From contig OY969472.1 of assembly GCA_963700155.1 (NCBI GenBank), positions 872,690-936,689 of the forward strand: a DNA stretch of 64,000 nt, given 5' to 3'. The notes below the pieces were generated by a model. The model saw nothing but the letters and a program-made list of their open reading frames with translations, searched no databases and was not told the origin of the DNA. The position numbers were made by a program, and so were the translations under genes. This DNA comes from an uncultured bacterium (GTDB lineage Bacteria; Patescibacteriota; Dojkabacteria; J137). This document shows positions 57,468 through 64,000 of the stretch, one piece after another; position 1 is the first letter of the stretch, and each line of letters starts with the position of its first letter.

Positions 57468-58553
57468 ATGGATACTAAAGAACCGGAGAATAAATCTGCG
57501 GGTAAATTCAACTTAAGGTTATTATTTAAAAGAAAATATGTACCAATTTATGTTGTAGTTTTAGTGGTATTAGTGTTACTAATTGCTTACTTTGTTATGG
57601 CAACTACAAGTTTTGCAGAAGGATCTTCGATTAGAAATTATCTCGAAAATGCTGGAATAGTTCCAAAAGTATCTACAGATGCAAATAGTACTAATATATT
57701 AGAAAATACTGATGACAATTCTCAACAAAATCAAGATGCTAATACTGATGAAGAAAATAATGAAGCTGGTGAGCCTAATCCAGGTGACATCAGTCCAGTT
57801 TATCCGACGATTACCAGGGTTAGTGATGGAATTGGAAATACAACTTATGACTCATTTGGTCAAAATAATATGGGAAATTGGAAGAATCCAACTATAAAAG
57901 AAGGTACAAAACTTGACATTTCAGTTACTGCTAACAATCCAAATAATCTAAATTTGTCATATAAATTTGAGTATCAGCCACCAAGTGGTTCTTTTAATTT
58001 ATTACAAGATTGGAGTTCAAGTTCAACATTTAGTTGGACAGTTCCATCAAGTGTAATCGGGAAATGGTTGTATGTTCAGGTATCTGTACGTGATTCAGAT
58101 AGTAATTATAGATTCGGAGATGCCGATGACTATACTTACCTAACTTATCAGGTGAATCCTAAAGATGCACCAGCGAAGATTTATCCAACAATTTCAAAAG
58201 TTCAAGATAGTAATGGTAACTCAACAACTAATTCATGGGGGAAATCTAATAGTGCAGGATGGGTTAGTGGGAAAAATAGAAAATTAAACGTAGGTGATAC
58301 AGTTACATTTACAATTAGTGCATCGGATCCAAATGGTGATCCACTGCAATATCAATTTATGTATCAACCGGATGGAGGTTCATTTAATGTTTTACAAGAT
58401 TGGAGTTCTTCAAAAACATTTACTTGGACAGTTCCAGAGGAGGCTGTAGGAAAAAATATTTTTGTACTTCTAGGTGTTAAAGATAATGATAAGTATTTAT
58501 TGTTTGGCGACAATGGGGATGATTATACATATATGATTTATGATATCAATTAG
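57468..58553 (+). CDS. Membrane-anchored protein with two tandem Y_Y_Y/Ig-like domains
   Basis: Two about 120-aa copies: YPTI..V.D..GN.T...YQP..GSFN.LQDWSSS.TF.WTVP...FGD..DDYTY..Y..N. Confidence 0.8.
   Translation: MDTKEPENKSAGKFNLRLLFKRKYVPIYVVVLVVLVLLIAYFVMATTSFAEGSSIRNYLENAGIVPKVSTDANSTNILENTDDNSQQNQDANTDEENNEAGEPNPGDISPVYPTITRVSDGIGNTTYDSFGQNNMGNWKNPTIKEGTKLDISVTANNPNNLNLSYKFEYQPPSGSFNLLQDWSSSSTFSWTVPSSVIGKWLYVQVSVRDSDSNYRFGDADDYTYLTYQVNPKDAPAKIYPTISKVQDSNGNSTTNSWGKSNSAGWVSGKNRKLNVGDTVTFTISASDPNGDPLQYQFMYQPDGGSFNVLQDWSSSKTFTWTVPEEAVGKNIFVLLGVKDNDKYLLFGDNGDDYTYMIYDIN
57799..58550 (+). repeat. Intragenic tandem duplication (two copies of about 370 bp; boundaries approximate)
   Basis: Shared DNA such as ttacaagattggagttc and ttggacagttcca in both copies. 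Confidence 0.7.
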
Positions 58554-58607
58554 ATTCAGATATTATTAAAATTGATTGTGTAATTTTGTCTAAGGTCGGC
58601 GAATGTT

Positions 58608-59111
58608 TTAAGCAGCTTTCTTTTTTGCTTTGGTATTAGTTTTCTTTTTTACTGGTTTTTCTTTTTTTACTGCTACTTCTTTCGTTTCAACTTTCTTTGA
58701 TTCATTAGCTTTTGGCTCTAATGCCTTTAATATCTGGTTCAGTTTTACATTAATAGCATCCAGTTGTTGTTTGAGATCCTGATTAGAATTAGCTGAACTA
58801 TTCTGAGATTCTCTTTTATTTGTTCCCCACTCATCTCTGCTATTGTCATGTCTATTGAAATCATTACTCCTAAAAGGTCTATCATTGTTTTTTGAATTGT
58901 TGCCAATCTTTTCAAAACAATCACTGCAGTAAACTGGTTTGTTTCCTGATGGTTTAAATGGTACTTCACACTCTTTCCCGCAATTATCACAAACAGCTGG
59001 GAACATTTCATGTCTACTTTCACTTCTAGGATGATTGAAATTATTAAATCCTCTTTTTTCAAATCTATTTTCGTTTCTGTCTCTAAATCTGTTCTGGTTA
59101 AAATCTTTCAT
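58608..59111 (-). CDS. CxxC-x17-CxxC domain protein with Lys-rich tail
   Basis: MFPAVCDNCGKECEVPFKPSGNKPVYCSDCF. Confidence 0.88.
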   Translation of the reverse strand: MKDFNQNRFRDRNENRFEKRGFNNFNHPRSESRHEMFPAVCDNCGKECEVPFKPSGNKPVYCSDCFEKIGNNSKNNDRPFRSNDFNRHDNSRDEWGTNKRESQNSSANSNQDLKQQLDAINVKLNQILKALEPKANESKKVETKEVAVKKEKPVKKKTNTKAKKKAA

Positions 59112-59303
59112 AAGTTTTATAAATAAATAAAATGATGCATGTGTAGTATAGTCTTATATATGCTAAATAGCAAAGTAAATTTAATAAGTAAAGAAATTTG
59201 GGATTTATCTTTAATATTTATTTCTCATGTATTTTTTGGTTTAGCTATATAAAAGTCTGAATAGCCAAAATACTTTTTAAAAGTCTTATGATAAATTGTA
59301 AAT

Positions 59304-59777
59304 TTAGTATTGTACTGTTACAAAAGCTTCTAATGAACCCTCATGGCTGACAATAATAACCGCATCATATTTAGCATATTTATTAATTATTTTTTCCCAA
59401 CGCTTGCTGAGTTCAATTGGCGATTCAATTTTTAAATACTTACTCAGCCCTAGGTATGTTTTTGCAGGTCGAAGTCCTTGCTTTTCGTTCTTATTAACAA
59501 GATTCCTTATTGAATCGCCATTTAAAATTCTTAAGTCTTCAGCTTCAATTTCTATTTTAAACGAACAGTTTAAAATTTCAGCAATTACTTTAGAAGTCAT
59601 TTCTGCCCGAATGGTGTAAGAATGTAAAATACAGATACTTTTGCAATCAGTAATATATTTATTTAACTTTTCAGTACTATTTCTTGTCATTTCAACTCCT
59701 CTTTTAGTTAATCTTCTTTCTTTTGAGGATTTATTTTTTTTTGTTTCTCCATGTCTGAATAGAATTAGTTTTTTCAT
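59304..59777 (-). CDS. Histidine phosphatase family protein; probably frameshifted near 59318 with true end at 59225
   Basis: LFRHGET, LTKRG, HS..RA..T, IVSHEG; ATG at 59777 just after the upstream stop; deleting one A extends it to ...VQYNTKFTIYHKTFKKYFGYSDFYIAKPKNT*. Confidence 0.8.
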   Translation of the reverse strand: MKKLILFRHGETKKNKSSKERRLTKRGVEMTRNSTEKLNKYITDCKSICILHSYTIRAEMTSKVIAEILNCSFKIEIEAEDLRILNGDSIRNLVNKNEKQGLRPAKTYLGLSKYLKIESPIELSKRWEKIINKYAKYDAVIIVSHEGSLEAFVTVQY

Positions 59778-59781
59778 AAAT

Positions 59782-61131
59782 TTATTTAATAATTTTAACT
59801 CCTGTTTGAATTGAGGATGCTCCACCATGAGCTACAGGTGAAGGTGAGGCTGTCATTGCAATATCAGCAAGTTTGCCAGATATGCCAAAAACACCAACCC
59901 TAGTTGTGAAATCATCTTCGCCTACTGCACCTGTTTGTAAATCACAAAAAGGCAATTTAATATAATTTGGTTCAATTGCATCCTGTACTATTACTCCTTT
60001 ACTTCTTAATAATTCAATTTGTCTTTCAATGTCCCCTGGTCTTCCAATTCCCCTTGCACCGGATGAATCAATCTCTTTAATAAAAACCTGCTTGCCGTTA
60101 ATAATATCAGTTTCCAGTGATTTCCGATTATCCTTATTGAAAGGAATCATAGTACTAGGGATATGTTTCCTCAAAACATTTAAAACATCCGGATCAAAAC
60201 ACATCAAGAGCAACTTCTCAAGATCAGGATCATTATGAGAATTGGAGATCAATGCTAAAGTTGCTTTTTCTCCTAATAAAGGCATATTGAATGAAAGTAC
60301 ATCTATCACACCAGTAACGTACAGACGTGATATTGCTTTATTAATTCGACTCTGTTCTTCAGTTGATTTTCTAAATTCTGGTAAAGTCATTATTTTTTTA
60401 ACCATAATACTATTAAGTCCATACGTTTTTTTTATAATCCCCTCTTCACAAAGTGTCATTTCTTGTTCCGGTATAACTACTAAATTACCTCCTAATTTAT
60501 TAACGGCTTTTTCAAAGAATTTTGCTTCAACTTCGTAAAAACGTTCATTTCTCGAAAGAAGCATTCCTATTGGCTCACTTAGACTAATTTGTGAAATACA
60601 TTCTGCAAGCCCTATTCCAACCCTATCTTCAGAAAGTATTCTGCAAAGTGTTGCGTACCCAAAACCATGTAATTTAGATTCTTCAATTTCAGCAATCATA
60701 AGATCACCGCTTTTAGGATCAACAATTAAATCAAGTCTGGTGAAGGGATGATTAGCTGATATATTTGAATTTAATATTTGTTCTTCTGATTCCAAGTCCC
60801 TTGAAACTTCTTTCTTTTCTTGTGTTTCAAGAATATGTTGAAAATCATGTCCTAAGTTCAGAACTCCTCTAATATATCGAAAAATATGATCTGATCTTCT
60901 TGACTTATCATTAATTAAGCATAACTTTACAAGTCTTCCAATTGCATCTATGTATTCTGGTAAGATCGATGTTAAGTTTACGGCTTGTTCTAACTGTATT
61001 TCAGTTAATGGTATGTCTTCATTACTTACTCGAAAATTATGGCGTTCATCTAAACGTCCAAATTCTTTTAGGACAAAGGTTCTAATTTTTTCTATTGATC
61101 TGGTATCTGTTAAATGGTCAATCTTGTTCAT
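59782..61131 (-). CDS. ATP-grasp-like ligase (glutathionylspermidine synthase / circularly permuted ATP-grasp-like)
   Basis: RLDL...IAEIE...HGFGY, EKATLALI, IPST, FIKEIDSSGARGI, IVQDAI, TRVG, AHGG pattern. Confidence 0.65.
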   Translation of the reverse strand: MNKIDHLTDTRSIEKIRTFVLKEFGRLDERHNFRVSNEDIPLTEIQLEQAVNLTSILPEYIDAIGRLVKLCLINDKSRRSDHIFRYIRGVLNLGHDFQHILETQEKKEVSRDLESEEQILNSNISANHPFTRLDLIVDPKSGDLMIAEIEESKLHGFGYATLCRILSEDRVGIGLAECISQISLSEPIGMLLSRNERFYEVEAKFFEKAVNKLGGNLVVIPEQEMTLCEEGIIKKTYGLNSIMVKKIMTLPEFRKSTEEQSRINKAISRLYVTGVIDVLSFNMPLLGEKATLALISNSHNDPDLEKLLLMCFDPDVLNVLRKHIPSTMIPFNKDNRKSLETDIINGKQVFIKEIDSSGARGIGRPGDIERQIELLRSKGVIVQDAIEPNYIKLPFCDLQTGAVGEDDFTTRVGVFGISGKLADIAMTASPSPVAHGGASSIQTGVKIIK

Positions 61132-61150
61132 GTTGTTAAAATAAAAAAAT

Positions 61151-61182
61151 AAAAAAAGTCCTCAATTTGTGTTGAGGACTTT
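61151..61182 (-). terminator. Attenuator terminator 2 (proximal)
   Basis: AAAGTCCTCAA-CACAAA-TTGAGGAC-TTTTTTT, ending about 20 nt before the ATP-grasp ATG. Confidence 0.85.
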
Positions 61183-61202
61183 AAAATAATAAATGTAAAA
61201 AT

Positions 61203-61280
61203 TTACACATAGTCCTCTGGTGGATCTTTCCAGCTAAAATAGAAGTATCTTTGTATTTTTAAATTTTGTTTAGTTAACAT
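61203..61280 (-). CDS. Leader peptide 2 (25 aa)
   Basis: MLTKQNLKIQRYFYFSWKDPPEDYV; contains GAGGACT (61217-61211), complementary to the 5' arm of terminator 2. Confidence 0.72.
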   Translation of the reverse strand: MLTKQNLKIQRYFYFSWKDPPEDYV

Positions 61281-61305
61281 TTCTAAAAAATTATAATTTA
61301 GGTAT

Positions 61306-61331
61306 AAAAAAACCTCCTTTGCAGGAGGTTT
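61306..61331 (-). terminator. Attenuator terminator 1 (distal)
   Basis: AAACCTCCT-GCAA-AGGAGG-TTTTTTT, GNRA loop. Confidence 0.85.
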
Positions 61332-61356
61332 AGTTGTTTTGATATTTATTATTAAT

Positions 61357-61434
61357 CTAGATATGCAAAACCTCCTGAACGAAGAAATCAGTCCAATATC
61401 CAAAAAAATATTGTTGTTTTGCAAATAAGCTCAT
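61357..61434 (-). CDS. Leader peptide 1 (25 aa)
   Basis: MSLFAKQQYFFGYWTDFFVQEVLHI; contains CAGGAGGTTT (61377-61368), complementary to AAACCTCCTG of terminator 1. Confidence 0.75.
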   Translation of the reverse strand: MSLFAKQQYFFGYWTDFFVQEVLHI

Positions 61435-61469
61435 AATCTGATTGATAATTGACAGAAATATATCACAAA

Positions 61470-61475
61470 ATTATA
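61470..61475 (-). promoter_or_regulatory. Candidate -10 box of the attenuated transcript
   Basis: Perfect TATAAT 35 nt upstream of the leader 1 ATG; -35 unclear. Confidence 0.5.
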
Positions 61476-61759
61476 CGAAAGTCGATCTTTTGATAATCAA
61501 TATGTATAAAGAGTTAGATCCTATTCAAAGAAGGACACTAGAATTTTGAGACTAATTCTAAAAACAGTTCAATAGAAAATTAATATAACTGGTAATTAAT
61601 AGGCAGAATATCATTTACTGATATATATATTTTTTTCTTGTAATGATAATTTAAACTTGTAAAATATGAACATTGGAAATTTATTAAGCATAAAATTGCT
61701 AGTTTTTTGTTTTTTAATTTTTTTCGAGTAAGAATTTATTTTTTAACATTAATTAAAAT

Positions 61760-63226
61760 ATGAAATTTGTTAAAAAGTTATTGAGTAAGGTGAGTGTAGT
61801 TTTCTTATCGTTTTTTTTAGTTTTGAGTCCAGTTTCCTTTTTAACAAATTTTAATAAGGTTAAAGCAGATGACATATTAATTTCAAGTTGTGAGGATTTA
61901 CAGGGCATAAGTAACGACTTAACTGGTAATTATATTCTGACACAATCTATCGATTGTTCAGATACGCAGACTTGGAATAATTTAGGACCAACAGATTTTG
62001 AAGGTTTTATTCCACTTGGAGATGATGTTGATAGATTTACAGGAAGTTTTGATGGACAAGGGTATTCAATTTCCAATTTATATATTAATCTTCCTTCTGA
62101 CAACTATATTGGACTATTCGGAGTAATTGATGATGGAGCTTCTGTTCATGATTTAAATTTAGTAAATGTTGATATTACAGGGAGTTCAGAAGTTGGCGCA
62201 TTAGTCGGTGCTTTGAGTGGTACTGTAACTAATGTCACTAGCTCGGGAATAGTTACAGGAGATTCGGATGTTGGTGGTCTTGTTGGCTGGCATGTAGATC
62301 CTTCAGGGATAGGTAGTTCAAGCCCTTTAGTTTATACTTGGAATGGTGATAAATATACTTATGTTGCAGATGTTGGAAGGGGACTTCCTAGAAATACTGT
62401 TGGTGATGACTATACTCAAATAGATAATACCAATCTAGTTCCAAAAGATGGAAAATATTCAATGAATATTTCAGAAGAATATAATGAGATTGTTTACTAT
62501 GATGAACTAGCTTTGAATACATTCGATCATGCTCCAGGGTATAATGTTTTGACTTCATTAGTCAGAGGAACAGATGGCCAATATTTTACGGTAAGCGAAA
62601 ATCCAAGTAATCCTTTGCAATCTTGCACTGATCAGTATGGTAACGATTGTCTGAGCTCTTTAGAATCAAGCGACAACCAGTGGAGTTACAAAGATAAAAG
62701 TGATCTAAATTATTGGGATATGAATTTTGGTGATCTGTCATCAGCTTCAAGAATACAACTACTTTTTCAAGGAGCATTAGATTATTCTTCAGACTCGAAG
62801 GCAGCTTATGTAAAATACGTACAGGTAAAAGATGCAGAGGGGAACTGGGTTGATGCATATTCATCTAGTCAGCTATCAACCCCAAGTGGAGCTCCTTTAA
62901 CTGAAGTCATTGATCTAACAGATAAATTCCCAACAGATAATTATGATGTTAGAGTTGCTTTTAGTAGAACAAGGGTTAACTATTTTGCAGTTGATACCTC
63001 AGAACAACAGTCATACACAATGAATACTTACCATCCAAATTCTGCTGATTTAGAGTTTAGAGGGTATTCGTCTATTGATAAGACATATTATTGGAATCCT
63101 GATTTTGATAATGTTTCCCAAAAACCACCTGAATTGTTTGCTAATCAGGTTGGGAATTTTACGAAATATGGAGATGTTACCCCACTTCTTCAGAGTACAG
63201 ATGACCAACCAGTTAGTAATTCATAA
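61760..63226 (+). CDS. Large exported GLUG-repeat surface protein, N-terminal fragment (frameshift near 63204-63211)
   Basis: Signal peptide ending VKA; YILTQSIDC, FTGSFDGQGYSISNL, VGALVG, VGGLVG. Confidence 0.75.
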   Translation: MKFVKKLLSKVSVVFLSFFLVLSPVSFLTNFNKVKADDILISSCEDLQGISNDLTGNYILTQSIDCSDTQTWNNLGPTDFEGFIPLGDDVDRFTGSFDGQGYSISNLYINLPSDNYIGLFGVIDDGASVHDLNLVNVDITGSSEVGALVGALSGTVTNVTSSGIVTGDSDVGGLVGWHVDPSGIGSSSPLVYTWNGDKYTYVADVGRGLPRNTVGDDYTQIDNTNLVPKDGKYSMNISEEYNEIVYYDELALNTFDHAPGYNVLTSLVRGTDGQYFTVSENPSNPLQSCTDQYGNDCLSSLESSDNQWSYKDKSDLNYWDMNFGDLSSASRIQLLFQGALDYSSDSKAAYVKYVQVKDAEGNWVDAYSSSQLSTPSGAPLTEVIDLTDKFPTDNYDVRVAFSRTRVNYFAVDTSEQQSYTMNTYHPNSADLEFRGYSSIDKTYYWNPDFDNVSQKPPELFANQVGNFTKYGDVTPLLQSTDDQPVSNS

Positions 63227-63848
63227 TGGTGATGATATGAATATAAGCTTCGATTATGAGGCTCCACCCGAAGGTATGGAGAGAAGTTTTGTACTCTATA
63301 GTTGGGCAACTTTTAAGCATGCTAAATTAGGAACCTTAGGAAGGACAGTTGATCCAATCCCTTATGTGGGAATGCCATCTTATTCAGAAAGTACCGTATA
63401 CCCTCTGACAGAAGATAATATTAATTATTTAAACACATGGAATACTAGAGTTATAACTGGAAGTACAGGAGGAAGTAGCACAGTAATAACATCTTCATCT
63501 AGTGCTGATGTTTCGGGATATGAGAATGTTGGTGGATTGGTTGGATATAACGATGATGATAAACTAATTACTGGTTCTTCTGCTACAGGTAATATCTCTG
63601 GAGAAGGAGAAGAAGTTTACTATTTAGGAGGATTAGTTGGTGAGAATTATGGTACGGTTACAGAGTCTCATGCAAGCGGGGATGTTACTGGAGGTACAGA
63701 CAGTTATTATTTAGGAGGATTAGTTGGCGATAATGAAAATGAAATCAATACAAGTTACGCTATAGGAAATATAGAAGGATACGAAGATATAGGTGGCTTG
63801 GTTGGGTATAATGATGGTGAGATTCTCGCAAAGTTATGCATCTGGTAA
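63075..63848 (+). CDS. Second fragment of the same GLUG-repeat protein (coding from about 63209; another frameshift near 63824; continues past 64000)
   Basis: VGGLVGYN, LGGLVGEN, IGGLVGYN repeats; a third frame reads SQSYASGNVNGIVDSEYIGGLAGYSDGEISESYATG to the window end. Confidence 0.7.
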   Translation: MIRHIIGILILIMFPKNHLNCLLIRLGILRNMEMLPHFFRVQMTNQLVIHNGDDMNISFDYEAPPEGMERSFVLYSWATFKHAKLGTLGRTVDPIPYVGMPSYSESTVYPLTEDNINYLNTWNTRVITGSTGGSSTVITSSSSADVSGYENVGGLVGYNDDDKLITGSSATGNISGEGEEVYYLGGLVGENYGTVTESHASGDVTGGTDSYYLGGLVGDNENEINTSYAIGNIEGYEDIGGLVGYNDGEILAKLCIW

Positions 63849-64000
63849 TGTTAATGGGATTGTTGATAGTGAGTATATTGGAGGACTAGCTGGGTATAGC
63901 GATGGGGAAATATCAGAAAGTTATGCAACTGGTTCAGCTAGCGGAGATTCATATATAGGAGGATTATTGGGATATAATGATGATTATATAGAAAATTCAT

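Noticed and set aside
59304-59828. Histidine phosphatase as the missing phosphoglycerate mutase, and the longer start at 59828
   Set aside because: It lacks the dPGM-type RHGESxWN...G signature and is 31 kb from the cluster; the longer start overlaps the upstream gene
61203-61424. 73-aa ORF in the supplied track (TTG start)
   Set aside because: It runs through terminator 1; only its last 25 codons from ATG 61280 make sense, as leader 2, and leader 1 is in another frame
61131-61480. T-box riboswitch or other metabolite riboswitch
   Set aside because: No T-box UGGNACC bulge or recognisable aptamer; translated leaders explain the structure better
4918-62864. Many short antisense or nested ORFs in the track (e.g. 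4918, 7052, 9789, 16762, 34380, 39054, 46558, 58745, 60242)
   Set aside because: Shadows of well-supported genes on the opposite strand or frame, with no motifs
1-64000. CRISPR array, IS element, integrase, prophage or rRNA
   Set aside because: No regularly spaced repeats, transposase/integrase motifs, phage genes or rRNA-like sequence seen
1-64000. Alternative genetic code (UGA=Gly or UAG recoding)
   Set aside because: Conserved enzymes translate full length in code 11, and TGA and TAG end genes at expected positions (e.g. pgi, pyk)

Overview
AT-rich (about 30% GC by eye) bacterial window using the standard genetic code. Gene content points to a Patescibacteria/CPR genome, possibly Dojkabacteria (inference, not tested). 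1-28.2 kb is a near-complete glycolysis/fermentation cluster (tpi, class I fba, ldh, lpd, pfk, 2-oxoacid:ferredoxin oxidoreductase alpha/beta, ADP-forming acetate-CoA ligase, flavodoxin, pgk, gap, pyk, pgi, eno). It is interleaved with soluble orphan ORFs, most ending in Glu-X (five in exactly ES). Then come dsbB, tRNA-Arg(UCG), a type IV pilus locus, a MacB-type ABC pair, a two-component system, a DEDDh/GIY-YIG nuclease, glucan phosphorylase, a secreted protein-FecR-CHASE2 adenylate cyclase operon, GH16, an SH3/degenerate-sortase protein, SWIB, surface proteins and a frameshifted GLUG-repeat protein running off the end. Best candidate for an undescribed system: 61.15-61.48 kb (minus strand) holds two tandem ribosome-mediated attenuators. 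Each has an unannotated 25-aa aromatic-rich leader peptide (shared motif QxYFxxxWxD), an antiterminator inside the leader and a U7 terminator. They sit ahead of an ATP-grasp-like ligase plus histidine phosphatase operon. All calls come from reading motifs; no searches were run.
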